DNA of 64,000 nucleotides from positions 51,524,001 to 51,588,000 of the forward strand of contig NC_058382.1 of NCBI RefSeq assembly GCF_018350175.1. The letters are read 5' to 3'. Within the stretch, counting starts at the first letter, position 1. The number at the start of each line of letters is the position of its first letter. Below the pieces are notes generated by a model, which ran no database searches, had not been told where the DNA came from, and saw only the letters and a program-made list of their open reading frames with translations. Below, piece by piece: positions 26,041 through 39,214 of the stretch. Made by a program: the position numbers and the translations under genes. Source of the stretch: Felis catus (taxonomy: Eukaryota).

Positions 26041-26829
26041 GAGAAAGTGTCTGGGGCTAAGACATGATGATCACTCAACCAAGTCCCAGGGGAATAAAAA
26101 GGGGGTGACTGTCCATCAACAGCCATGTGCCAAAACCAAGAGAGGTCAGAGTTTTTCTAGGTTTGATGTGTCTGAAATGACTGAAGCCACCTGATCAGAA
26201 CAGATTTCAGTGGCTGAACAAATATCTCTTATTTCAATAATCAGAAACCGCGAATGAGCGTGGAAAGTCCTACGCAATTATTGGATTCTACCCGTGGCAG
26301 TTGGGAGCAGTGACCTAAAAAAACAACAGTCAGAGCACATCACCTCCCGTGATTCAGATGTCTTCTCTGTATCATCTGAGAGAGCAATGCTACCAAACAA
26401 TTACAACCAATGAAGGTGAAAACCATGGTTTCAAACTCCTTTTCCTCTTTGAGTTTCGTCTTGACTCATTTCTGAAAGCAGGTGAGGCCAAATAAACTTC
26501 CCCTACTGAGAAGAAAAGGAAACAGAAAATCCAGTTCCCTGAATGCCTACCAAGGACCTTCCTCCATTGCTGGGTGTGGGAGGTACCTGCACTTGACAAT
26601 GGCTGTCACCTAAGAAGGTACAAAGGAACCAGACCCCAAAGAAGGCAAGCAGTGTAGCCTCCACGAGAGAGCTGCAGACAAGCCTGTGTGAGTTCGGATC
26701 CTAGGTCTTGCCTACCAGTCTCGTGAAGCTCGCTCACTTTGAAAACGTGCCTGAAAAAGCTATGTGCCTGTAAAAATGAGACATCTCTGCAAAGCCACAT
26801 CTAACTCCAATTTCAATTGTGTTCTGCAC

Positions 26830-27230
26830 TGTAGCAATGAGTACCCCACCCTATGCCCACCCTCTTACCACTTAACTACTCGCTGGCTTCTGCCTGTGTG
26901 CCTTCCCTGACTGCACCTGCCCACCTGTAAGTGCTGGGAAGTGAGTTTGCTCAAGAACATCCCTCAACCAATGACTGGAGGGCAAATGAATGCCCCAGCC
27001 GCCTGGGTCTCAAGGGAGCCACGCGGAGGTCTATGTTCTCCGCTGGCTCCTGGTAAGATTAAGAGTCAGTGGTCAGAGGAGTTATTGGCTTGATCACATG
27101 CGCTTATTAGCAGTCTTCAGTTTCCCACAGCTGTCCCTTCCCCTACTGGTGTTTCTTTCCTCTTCCACACAGACTGCCTGACACTCAAATTCTTGCCCAG
27201 GGTCTGCTTCCAGGGTAGCCGAAAAGCATC
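26830..27230 (+). mobile_element. ERVL-class LTR16-like solo LTR
   Basis: 'ctcaaccaatgactgg', 'cccctactggtgtttc', 'cactcaaattcttgcccagggtctgcttccaggg' match the recalled LTR16 3' half. Confidence 0.7.
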
Positions 27231-27996
27231 AGAGCAAATTCAGTGTATGTGTGAACTCTGTTCATAAATTCCATCACACAATGGTAGGATCACACCCACT
27301 TTGCGAAACTCTCCTGAATTTCTTTACTTACCTAAAATTATGCCCAAGAAGTTCATGCTTAAAGTTACATATCACACATTATGGTCACGGGTACCTTATT
27401 TTGAGAGAACACTTCGGATCGTGTTTGGGGTTTAGAAGTGTCGACCAATTTTTCCATTGTTGCAAGTACAGCAGGATTAATTATTACCAGCTTTCTAAAG
27501 AAAAGGGGGGGGGGCAGAAAGATCCAAAACATTTCATATGTAATACAAATCTGAGTTAGGAGAAAAAAACAAGATCCTAGCTTTCCAACTATGTGTCAGA
27601 GTGAAAACTAGCCACATGAGCAAGGCTGAGAGGAAGATGAGGAAAAGTGGTGGAGGGGGTGGGCAGGAGGGCATATTTGAGTTTTTGTTTTGTTTTGTTT
27701 TGCTTTTGAGAGGGATGTGGTCAGAGCCATTCAGGCGCAAGGAGATCCTTTAAGGAGCTCAAAAGAATGTTCTTACCAAAACTGGAAAAACAAAGGAAGG
27801 GAAGAGAACTTCATTGTGTCTGAGTCTATTCCAGATCAACTGTCTTCCAGGAACTTATTCTATTAGATCAATTACTTCTTTGCACAAAATTCCTCGGAGA
27901 ATCATCATCACCTTGCACACGTGATAGAACAGACTAAGAGAGCACAAGATACTTAAGCAAACCTATTAGCAAGCGGCAAAACTGGAGTTTGTACCC

Positions 27997-28718
27997 TGTT
28001 AATATCAATAGCACACAGGGGCCCCAGCAAACCTGCAGGGAAATTACAGAACATCATAGTTTACAAGGAAGTTTCATGAAGCCTGAGAAATGGAAAGGCA
28101 CCGCCTGACAGCTGGTGACGAGGCTGGCACTATCAGGCACGCCTTGGTGTTGAGAAGGACCTCCTGGTCCTCGAAGGCAGATTGTCGTGTATCCCTGTTG
28201 AGCACATTGAGTTTCCCAGAACACCCATATTGGGGAAAATACCACGATGGAGCAAGACAAAGCCAAGTCCACTCCACTCCATAATCGGGGCTAAGCAAAT
28301 ACCAAAAAAAAAAAAAAAAAGTACATCATTCTAACAAAAAAATGATAATATTCATTCATTAGTTAAAAAGACCAACATCATCCTTCCCTGGCAATTGTAA
28401 GCAACTGCTCCTTCTTTACCAATTACAGTGTGAGCTTTGCTTTATTCCGCCTGCCTTCTAGATAGAAATTATTATGATATCTCACCAGAGAATTACATTC
28501 ACATCCTGAGAGCATCCAATCTAGAGCAAAGCCCCACTTCCTAGAGCCCTCCCCACAATCTACTCAACACAAGCCTATGAGTCCTTCCAAGCACACTCTT
28601 TTTGAGAAAACCCACAATGTCCGATGGTATGCATTCTCCCTCCTTATAGCAAGTTATTAAATCCTTTTCTTCAACAGCAGGTGAATCTCCGGTACTCTTT
28701 GGCTAAAGGGAATTGTGA
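27997..28718 (+). mobile_element. ERVL-class solo LTR (LTR41-like)
   Basis: 'agcatccaatctagagcaaagccccacttcct', 'ttcaacagcaggtg...tctttggctaaagggaattg' match a recalled ERVL LTR end; family name uncertain. Confidence 0.6.
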
Positions 28719-29039
28719 GTGTGTTCATTCATTCAACAGATTTTTTGAGTCAGGCACAGTAATGATATAACTTTGTTTTCTCTGTAGAAACTGGCATAAA
28801 TTCTACTCTCAAAAGCTGTACAGCAACGCATACTCTAAACCCAAGAGTAACTATAAAATGCAGAAAGAAAGGCCAATAGATTTAACGAAATACTCAAAAC
28901 TCCTTACTGAGTTCACATCAGAATGATAGTTAACATCGCCTCTAAATGTAATCCCACAATTCTAAAAAGAAAGGGAGGGGGCTCTCAAAAAAAAAGAAAC
29001 ATAGAAAAGCAACAAAAAAAGAAGACATAAGGGTAATTA

Positions 29040-29580
29040 TTGAGGAGTCTTGGGTTCTCCTGAAAGTCAAGCTGAAACAAGGACTTGATATAGATTGAAG
29101 TCCAGGGAGCAGTAGTGAGGGACCAAAGAGAGGGAGAGAAAGAGGACAAGTCAATAGAAGTGTTGTGTTATTGAGGTTACCCAGGCCACCACTATGGGCA
29201 AGTGAAACTCATCCTCACCCAGATCTCTGAGGATGGTACAGAATGGGCTGTCCACCCAAGGACTAATGAGAGAAGGACCGATCCATCCGCTTCCATGACT
29301 CCACTGGCCGACACTGTCTATGGAGACATTAACTCCTGTAAACTCATAGGCTTCTCACACTTGCTTCGTGAAGGGCACCTTTTGACGTCGGCCAGGAACG
29401 GAAAACTCTGAGGCAAATGTGAAGGCAAAATGTGAAATTCGCATTGCATAGGCTTGAGGCAAGTCACTGTCAGTGGGAAATGGGTCCAAAGCCACGTGAA
29501 CTATCCGCTGCAGGCAGAGGGGACACCAGTGGTGAGGCTGAAAGACTGGGGGTCCAGGCTCCAGGGACATTTGCGATGCA
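29040..29580 (-). mobile_element. LTR33-like ERVL solo LTR
   Basis: 'ctgaaacaaggacttga', 'gtgttattgagg...ccactatgggcaa', 'cattaactcc' resemble reverse LTR33. Confidence 0.55.
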
Positions 29581-30020
29581 GAGTGAGAAAGGCTGCAGCC
29601 CAGATGTGTGAATGAGGCTTCTGCGGGGGAGTGGGCTTGTTAGCCAAACAGAGCCCTATAGACTCTGAGGACTTGTAAATGTGGGTACCGCTGAGAAGTG
29701 GGAGGCGGTAGGAAGAGAAGTTTATTTAAATTCTGTGGGCAGATGTCACCTGCCCCACCTTATCTTTGGTCACTTCACAGCGTGTTGTACTCCCCAATGT
29801 GATGGCCACTCGCTGTCTTCTGGTTCCCCAAATGCAAAGACCGCCTTTCCACAAACCCCATCCTGACACACAGAACTTTAGTTCGATACTAAACATCAAT
29901 CACTACACAGCTGAGTAAAATGTCCGACATAAAAACTAGAGAAGACATGATCAAGAGAAAAAGAAATGACCCTGAAGGAAATAAAGATAATGCAGGGTAC
30001 AGGAGATCATTTTTTAAGAG

Positions 30021-30230
30021 TTTTTTTTTAATGTTTATTTATTTTTGAGAGACAGAGAGAGACAGTGCATGAGCAGAGGAGGGGCAGAGAGAGGGGGGCG
30101 GGGGGAGACACAGAATCCAAAGCAGGCTCCAGGCTCTGAGCTGTCAGCACACGCGGGGCTCAAATCCACGAGCCACGAGATCATGACCTTAGCCAAAGTC
30201 AAACACTTAACTAAGTCATCCAAACACCCC
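30021..30230 (-). mobile_element. SINEC_Fc-type SINE (diverged)
   Basis: atgtttatttatttttgagagacagagagagac...gcaggctccaggctctgagctgtcagc. Confidence 0.93.
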
Positions 30231-30466
30231 ACCATTTTAAAGGCAAAACTTTATGAATGACATTTGAAATTTAAAAACTTATAACATCTATAAAACGGGG
30301 CGGGGGAAAAGGAGCACCTTAGAAAAGTCTACAGAAAGGCTAAGAAAATCTTCAGGAAAACCAACTACAAAGACAAAGAGACACTCTGAGATATATTAAT
30401 TTCCTGAGACATGTGAGAGTATCATCACAGAAGTTATAAAATCCAACTTAAATAACAGTATTTTTT

Positions 30467-30678
30467 GGGGCGCCTGGGTGGCGCAGTCGGTTAAGCGTCC
30501 GACTTCAGCCAGGTCACGATCTCGCGGTCCGTGAGTTCGAGCCCCGCGTCGGGCTCTGGGCTGATGGCTCAGAGCCTGGAGCCTGTTTCCGATTCTGTGT
30601 CTCCCTCTCTCTCTCTGCTCCTCCCCCGTTCATGCTCTGTCTCTCTCTGTCCCAAAAATAAATAAATGTTGAAAAAAA
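30467..30678 (+). mobile_element. Young-subfamily SINEC_Fc SINE
   Basis: Near-consensus sequence with CpGs intact; perfect 15-bp TSD aaataacagtatttt at 30450-30464 and 30679-30693. Confidence 0.98.
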
Positions 30679-30809
30679 AAATAACAGTATTTTCAAAAAG
30701 GCAACAAGGAAATGATCTCTTCCTAAATTTCACCACGATGTGCCTAGGCATAAGTAGTATTAGGTCCTAATAGCGAATTCCTGATAGACCTTCCTATCAG
30801 GAAACGTGT

Positions 30810-31850
30810 GTTAAAAATAAATAAATAAAATTTAAAAGTAAGTAAATGGCATATATTCATACACATTTATAAGAAAAGCCTCAGAAATCCCAACTGGAAA
30901 AAAAAAATCCCGATGGAAAAATGTGATAAAAAATGTGGACCTTTCACATGAGACCTACAAGTGTCCAGTAACAACAACAACAAAACTTCAAATAACACCT
31001 AAAAATAAAAATAAAAAGTGACTAATGATATGAAAAAAATGTCTAGGCTCACCAGGAATATTTAGAAAATGAAAATTGAAATGAGATTTTTCTGTTTTCC
31101 TTATCAAATAAACTAAGCTTTGAAAGGTCAAACATTTTTGGCAAAGGAGAAATGGAACAGATACTCTCATTCTCTTCTCATGGGAGTGCAAATTGGTACA
31201 AATTATCTGGAAAATAATTTTATAATATGCATAAAACCCTTCAAAAAAAATACCAAAGACACATTCCCTTGCTTTCCCCAGTGATTTTTCCCAAATCTAG
31301 ACTAAGAAAATGAAACTTACATCTCTCTCTGTACTTTGTAACAAAAATATTCACACAGACAAAGAAAGGGGAAAGAACTCAGACAGAGACATATATAGAA
31401 AAATGTTTATTATTTTGGCATAAACATTGGAAATAAGCTAGACATTGAACACGTAGAGCAATAGTTGAAAGACTATGGCTCATCCATTCAGGTAGCCATC
31501 AAAAAGGGTGCTTTAAGAGACTATTTAATGAAACAGGAAAGTGTTATTGATTAAAAGTTGGATGCAAAATAAGGATTCAAACCAAGTTATACAATGGGAT
31601 ACCAATTAAACTGTATAAATACAAGATACACATGTATGGGGACAAGGAGAGGGAGGAAGGGAAGCGGGGAGTAAAGAAGAGGGAGAGAGAGAGATCAATC
31701 CTGGGGAGAAAAAGACTCCCAAATGTTAACAGAGAATATTTCTGATTGGTTGGATCATAGTTGATTTTTATTTTCTTCTTTGGACTCATTTATTTTTCTT
31801 CCAAGCACTTAAAATGAAAATATACCTTAAAGTTAAAAAAAAGTTTAAAA
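30810..31850 (+). mobile_element. Ancient L1ME-like ORF2 3' end and 3' UTR
   Basis: A-rich; 'atatgaaaaaaatgtc', 'ggagaaatggaacagatactctcatt', 'gagtgcaaattggtacaaattatctggaaaataattt' typical of L1M 3' regions. Confidence 0.7.
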
Positions 31851-32409
31851 AAATGATAATTTCATTTTAAATATATAACTGCTTAATTATTATAGAATTT
31901 ATCTGGGAGTTATTTTGAGATTTTGTTAAATGACCCACTGATGAAATCAACAGACAAAACTCGTGGATCAGTTTTACCAGGAGAGTGCGGGTAGATTGAG
32001 GAGAAAGAATACAGGAATCAAGGAGGTGAGTGGGGACTGTGTCTTAATGTGTATGTTTTAGGGAGGTGTGGGGATTGGACCAGGAGTCCTTGGCTTCCAT
32101 TCCAAGCCCGGTAAAAGGAAACAACTAAATGAGTCCATCAGTAGGGACTGCCTTAGTTTCCTGCCCCAAACACATGGAGCTAAAGGGACCTCCAATGGTG
32201 GTTTTGCAAATTCTCCTTGCTCCTCTTGTAGAAGTTCTCAGAGCTGGCTCAGACTTTTAAGAAATCGAGTAATACAGTCAGGTCTCAATTTCATGCAGTT
32301 TTATCCTTTTCAATAAGCAGTGAAATCACATTTCACATCTGGTGAGGAATTAATGGATTTTATACTGATATAAGAGCTATCATAGAGCTATATTCATAAG
32401 GACTGAATA

Positions 32410-32620
32410 CGCACCATGGTGAAGATCATGAACTTAGGTGTCATTTCCTGGCTGTGTGACTTCAGACAAGTTACTTGACTTCTCCTGCCTGTTTCCTCAT
32501 CTACATAATGGAGATGATAAAAGAACCCACCTCCTTGCCTTTCTTATGAGAACTGTATGAATTAAAATGGGTCAGGCGCTGAGGACAGTGCCCGGAGAAA
32601 CAATATGCCCTATGCAAGAG
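32410..32620 (+). mobile_element. MIR (well-preserved core)
   Basis: 'ctggctgtgtgacttcagacaagttacttgacttctcctgcctgtttcctcatctacataatggagatgataa'. Confidence 0.85.
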
Positions 32621-34521
32621 TTTTCTATATTAAATAAAAGTAAGTTGGAAGCATTTCTTGGTCATATCATACCTACAATATGTTTGTATCAGAGACATAA
32701 TTTCTTCTCTGTTCCCTGCAGTTACCATCATAAAACACACAAAAAGGAAGGTTTGTTTATTCAAATACATATACAAGTAAAAGAAAAAAGAAACAAGCAA
32801 TGGTCAGCATTTTTTTGGCCTACCTCAAGTCCTAAGAAGGAAAAAAAACCAACATGGTAGCTGTTGGAGCCCACCAAACAGAGCAGATGAGGTTGTTCCA
32901 GGAAAGAAGCAAAGGGGAGGAGAAAGCATAGCGAAGCAGTGGCTGAGTGGCTGACCTGAGGTGAGCGGGGGTCCCCCAGACTTGGAAAGGGACAAAGCTT
33001 GGGAGGTCCAGTGAGTTGTGGGAAAAGAGCCCTGCTTCCTGGAAGCATCCCCACGAATTGACAGGACCTCAGATAGTGCTAATGCAGGGAGGAAGGGAGG
33101 CATCATCTCTGCCCTTCAGGGCCGAGGTCCAAACACAGGTGTGAACAAGGAGGTATACTGAGGCCTGATAACAAGAACAAGGTAGAGAACAAGGAGACAG
33201 GAACCATTTATGGACCATTTCATGTGCCCTAGATACTCTCCCAGCCTGTGAATTGGGATCATCATTCCCCTTTCAAAGATTAGAAGACCCAGAGGTAACC
33301 TGTCCGGGGTCATACAGACTTGGATGTGAATCCCAAGGATCATCCAATCACCCTTGACTTGCTATTCGCCCTTGCACTTTCCCTGGCTATGCATTTATCA
33401 GTACTAATACCAATTTATTACCAGTGAATCTGGGAGGTGATGTATATACAATCAGTCAAGATGAGACAAGTCTTGACCTGCTTGTTTGGTCATTGGCAGG
33501 CCTCCTGTGATTTAGCCAAACTCCCTGCCTGGCCTTCCTGGCCAGCGTCTAGAGAGGAATCTATTCACGGATTTAAGGGTGTCTATGGTATTGATATTCA
33601 AGGAAAGGAATGATATGAGCAGGCTGGATAAATTCCTAACACACCATCCCCATCCCCGTGGTGGTCTTGTAGCTTGCTGCAGAGGATACGGGCTGTGTCA
33701 GCAGAGAGCCTGGGCTTGAATCCCAGCTGGGATTACAGACTGTGAGATACAAGATCAGGAAGTCTCTATCTGAGCCTCATTCACTTCCTTCTACAGTGCA
33801 ATTACTATCATTCCCATTTCACGTAATGCCTTTGTGAGGGTTGAGTAAGACAACGGAGTGAGACACTTAGATGCTTGAATCCTCCCCAAATGTATATCCA
33901 CCAAGAGGAACATCCGGGAAGCCGAACCCTGAAGGGCACACCCCGCTCCCCCAGGGCCTAGACCGTACTCAGTACCCACACAGACACGGCTTAAACCAGG
34001 TGACCTCTCTGAGACCCCCCCCAACCCCTCACTGATTATTGTAAATGACAGAAAGAGAAGAGTGGCGGGACGTGAGGACAAAGAATGTTAGTTTTTCTAA
34101 CAGCTGGAAAAGAAAACAAAACGAAGAAAAATATTCCCCATGAAATTCTTACAGTAAAAAATATAAACCATGCTGTCTTTAACTGGGGTCACAGAGTAAG
34201 TTCAAACCGTACCCGGGACATGTGTACCTTGCGATTGTTCGACGGCTTCAGCACAGACAGACAGACAGTGTTAATCATTTTCTGATGGTTGCTCTGAGCT
34301 GTGGCTTTGGCGAGTGAGAAAAGACAAATTGCCAGAGCTGAGAGCTGAAAAAGAAACACGGCACAATCATGGGAATTCAGGGCGAAAAGACAGTCTCGGG
34401 CCGAGTTATTATTGTATTCCTGGGGAAGTCGTGTGAGGACTTCTCAGCTGTAAGTTGCCACCACGGTCTGTGCCAAGAGCCCCACAGGGGAGGCCTCCTG
34501 CTGCAGTGGCAGAAACACAGG

Positions 34522-34763
34522 CAGCGGTTGGACCAAGGTGGGGTCTGTCCCCCCCCCCCCCAAGGACATTCAAGCAATGTCTGGAGATGTTTTTGATTGT
34601 CGCGAATTGGGAGGGAGGCTCCGTTGGCGTCTAATAGGGTAGAGGCCAGTGACGCTGCTAAATGTCCTACAAGGCATGGGACCGTCCCCACCCCTACATC
34701 CGCTTCCCATAAAGGAATTCATCCAGCCCCAAACAGCAACAGTGCTGAGGTCGAGAGACCCTG
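34522..34763 (+). mobile_element. MER20 DNA transposon fossil
   Basis: 'gcaatgtctggagatgtttttgattgtc...gggtagaggccagtgacgctgctaaa...agtgctgaggtcgagagaccctg'. Confidence 0.88.
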
Positions 34764-34999
34764 AGCAAAACCTGTGGAGAAGTGCAAGTTCATCGCTGCG
34801 GGCAACAGCCAAGACTTGATGCCCAGACCCAGCACGTGACCCTGACTCCTCTATTTCTTACAATGACGCTTCCCTCCTCAGGGCCACATGTGCCCTCGGC
34901 CCCCACCTGTGTGTCTTTCCTCTCTCTGCCTTGACATCGAAGACACATCACTTATCAAGTCCTAAACACACCGGACACTTCCACAGCACAGTCTGGTGA

Positions 35000-35180
35000 C
35001 TCTAGTTTAAACGTCATGCTAACTCTGTGTGGGATGTCTGGTTATGATCCCTACTTTACACACCAGGAAACTGAGGCTCTGTGTGGTTGTGTAAATCACC
35101 CAGCTATAACGTGGCAGAGCCAGGATTCAAACTGAGGCCTGTCTAATTTTGGAGCATTGGCTCCCGGCTGCTCACATCTA
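35000..35180 (-). mobile_element. MIR (well-preserved core)
   Basis: 'ctttacacaccaggaaactgaggctc...gtggcagagccaggattcaaactgaggcctgtct'. Confidence 0.85.
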
Positions 35181-38100
35181 CTTGCAAAACTTAACCATAA
35201 TGCCTGGGCATACCCAGTAGGTCACTGACCATCCCTGAGCTCTGTCTTCCTAGGAGATGGAGAGAATCACAGCTTTATAAGGTTGCCTGAGTTGAGGATA
35301 ATAAAAGGCAAGAAAGACTTCCTTGGGAGCTCAAGCACATAATCCCTGGGGCAATGATGCCCAAGAATTTCCCATAGTTGAGTAGAAGAAACTAGAGTTC
35401 CCACACTTTCTTCTGGTTCTAAGATTCTAGATTCTGGACAAACCTGAGCAATTCTTCAGGGCTTGACTCCAACCCCCTCTCCTCCCTTGGTTCCCTTGTA
35501 TCTTCGTCACCGTCTAAACCACAGGGGAACTCTCTCTATGAAACCCTACAGGGTTCTTTTGTGGACCAAGCCACGTAAACTTTCTTTCTCATCCGACTAT
35601 AGAATTCAACCCGCGTGCACTTCACCCTCAGTTTCCTGAAATAGGAGTTCCAGTGTCAGATGTTAGGGTCACTCAGAACACAGTATACAACAGTTGTAAA
35701 TGTTTAATGAACACACATTGGATGAGCTTACTCGATATAAGCGACAGAGGTAATAAAGTTGGATTATGTGCTAAGGGATTCCATACGCTGATCTCATTTG
35801 ATCCTCATGGAAACCCATGAGGTGTCAGGACGTTACCTGACCCTCCTGTGTCTCTCCTCCCACCCCTTTGCATTATTTTGAGGCTGCTTCAGTGGCTTTG
35901 TCTTCCCTTCTTCCACTGTGTGAATGGGGATTAATCTTTCTGGGATTCATTTTCTGCCTCTGACAAATGTGGAGGTTAAACTCAATGATTGAACTCCCTC
36001 ATCGTGGAAGGGTGGCAGGGTCCCAAGAGGCCAAATCTGGGGCCTGATTTTGATCCATCATGGAGGTTTCCATTATTGCCATTGCTGCTTTGACGAGGTC
36101 ATCCACGCCACCATTGGGTACCACACAGCGGTCCCTGACAGCAGAGACATTCTCAGCAGACCCCTCCATCGACTGCATGTATGACTATTGGAAACTCTCA
36201 CTTCTATCAAGGTTCCAAACTTACTGTTCAACATCCATCAGTATCACTTAGTCACCGGGTACCATCCAAGGTTTATCCTCCTCTAGAAAGCAGCCTTGAA
36301 GGGAGACACGAGTCAACCTCACTTATTTTCCTGATCTTCCCCCTGCTTCATTCTTCCATTCTCTTTCTTCATTGCCATCCCTGTCACCTTCTTGAGGAGC
36401 CCTCACATTCTTTCTTGTATGTAGCCTTCCCCTGTTCCTCAACCCTTGGATAACCTCACTCTCTTGGAAAACCCAACGCTGCAACATTTAGAAGCACAGA
36501 CTTTGAAAAGAAAAGTCCTGTTAAGACTCCCCATCAACTTTTCCAGATATGGTGGAAAGGTTCATGAGTATGAGCGGAAACATTCTTCCTTTCTCACCTT
36601 CTCTGAGTGTAGGAAGAAAAAAAACCCCACTCATCTCTTCATTCCATCACTGTTTCAGTGATTAACCAGAAAAGGTCTGATTTTCTCGAAACACCCATTT
36701 ATCTTACTTTTTTCCATCAGTCTCCCCCACGCTGCATTTCCAAGCTATCCAGCAGAAAACAAGGAAAAAAACACATAGCATACACAAAGACAACTGCACC
36801 CCATCCATTCTCCCCAAAGTGCATGATCAGGTCACGTGTAGGGAGATTAATGTGATTCTGTGCTTGGAAATGTGCTCCTTTATGATTATTAACGAGGGTG
36901 GCTCGGAAGGAAAGGACTTTGCAAACACAGCAGTTTAAAAAATGTATTTTCTTCCTTGTTTATGAGACACAAACAGATATAATTCAGTTCAAGGGTTGAG
37001 ATTTTCTGTTATGATGTGCCAGGAATTATTTATCACAATTGCAAATAATTTCCCAGTACAAATTATCCCCATCTTATCATCCAGATGGACTTCCCTTCCA
37101 CATCGTTCATGTCATGTTGCAATCTAAGGCCATAAAGCAGAGACCATGAACTAAGTCTGCCTTTGGATGGCAGCATATGGTGCGTGTTGCTTGGGGTTTT
37201 TGTTTTAAAGCACAATCGAATTCACCACTGTCAAAGGCTGCCCTCCCAACTTTTTTCTCAGCTGGTGACTCTGGTGTCTGAAGCTGATAGGAAATTATGC
37301 GCTCGATAAAATATGATCGCAAACGAGACAAAGCCAAAGTAAGCAGCAGTCTACCAGAGGAGAGCCCACTTTCAACAGCCAGCGCTTTGTGTCTACCACA
37401 CTGATTGAAGCCATCCAGAGGTAAAAACATAACCTTTAAGATATGTGGGACTTAAGGGTGACAGCTAAGGCGTCCTACTCAAAATATAAGATGAATGTCC
37501 ATAAACGTGCGCTGGACCGCTCTAACTCTGTTGAAAGCCTGGCAGGTTGGAATATTTGTGTGAAAGGGATATGAACTCTGATCAGCGAACTTCTGCGAGA
37601 GGCCTAAGCACATTTTTCTTAATTACATAGGGAACTTTTTATGAATATCCATGAAGAGGCAAAAGATATATAAGAAGAGAAAATCAAAATACGGAGTTTT
37701 GTGCTTTTCCTGGGAAAATAAAACCAGATTTCAGGAAACCTCAGTTTTCAAAAAAAATATTGCTCTTCAGCAAAGCCAACACGAAAATGGGTCCAAGTTG
37801 AGTCCCATGACACGATGCAACTTTAGAAAATGGTAAGAAAATCAAGCAATACAAAAGCAAATAAAAACCATCTCAAGTCCTTAAAAAAGAGAGTCAGAAG
37901 AATGCCCTGCATTTATCTTTAATAAAGATTCTGTTTAGATGTGATCTGTCAAATATTTCGAGGTATGTGTCCGTTGTTTTTGCAAAAGAAAGTGTGGAAT
38001 GTTCATTTTTCCTTCAATGGAACATATTTTTATGATCCCTCAAGCTTGTTTTTTGTTCCTCATCCACAAACAGGCTTTGGTTGCTAGGACGCATTGTCGA

Positions 38101-39214
38101 ACTCCACCGGGGGCATAACCACAAGCTCTAATATCAAGTACCACGTTCCTGCTCAGAGAGGTGGAATGGCTTGCTTAAGGTCACACAGCAGACAATTAAA
38201 ACAGAAGGCACTGGTCTAGAAGTTAAGAGCCTTGGGTTCTGGCCCTGGAGCTGACAGGCTCAGGCTCCACACCGTAAAACAAAATCTCAAGAGATTCACA
38301 CATTTTCTGTCTTTAGAAGCAAACTTCTCAAATCTCTCCCTGTCCCTTCATACATCCTCTCCCCCCATGGAATCCTGTAGTGGGTTTTCCCATAACTTGG
38401 ACCAATCCTGTGGTGTCCTTACATCTGGAACCCTTTTCCTCCCATCAACCACCAAGCCTTTGGTGTCTCCAAAGACCCCTGCAAAATCTCTTCTCCTCCA
38501 TTAAGCCCTCCATGATGAGGTGTGAGCCAGAATTCTGTCTTCCCATTGCGAGAATTAACACATGGGGTGCTGAACAGAGGAACACAGAGACTCAGTTCAT
38601 CTGGGACCTGATTGGATGTGCTAGAGAGAGTTCCAGCTGCTTTCCATCTGCTCAGCCATGTCATATTCTGCATTGGTCCTCAATGCCATTGCCTCAGTCT
38701 TTGGAACTCATTTGGATCTCCCTCTATAGCCATCAGTGGCTGACATGGGAAAGGATGCAACAAGGGGAGCCCTCCATTACAACCATCTCTATACTGTCGT
38801 TTAACTGGAAGTGGGGAACAGCCAAGCAGGTGGCCACCAACATGGAGGTCTTGGGGGTGTATCAGAAAGCTTCCATAATCCAAGATAAGAGCCACAGCAA
38901 TTAGCTAACACTTCTACCGCCCATGCCACTCCTTACGGGCCGCTGGGAGGTGTGCACATTTAAACAGTATTTTGTTAACCTGCTGAGGATAAGGGAGTGG
39001 AATGAGGGGGTTCTAGAATAAGAACAGTCTAGAATAAGAACATTCAATCTCCACCATAACACACGGAGCAGGCGCTAGTTTCATGAAGGCACCTACTCTC
39101 CCGGCGCCATTTTCCTCTTCTCCAAAATGGAATTAAAAACACTTGCCCCGTCAGGCTCACTGAGTGAAGGCAGAAATGGGATTAAATCATGCAGGGCATG
39201 GCAATTCAAACACC

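Noticed and set aside
38380..38904. Longest ORF (174 aa)
   Set aside because: Non-ATG start, no recognisable domain, length compatible with chance in 64 kb
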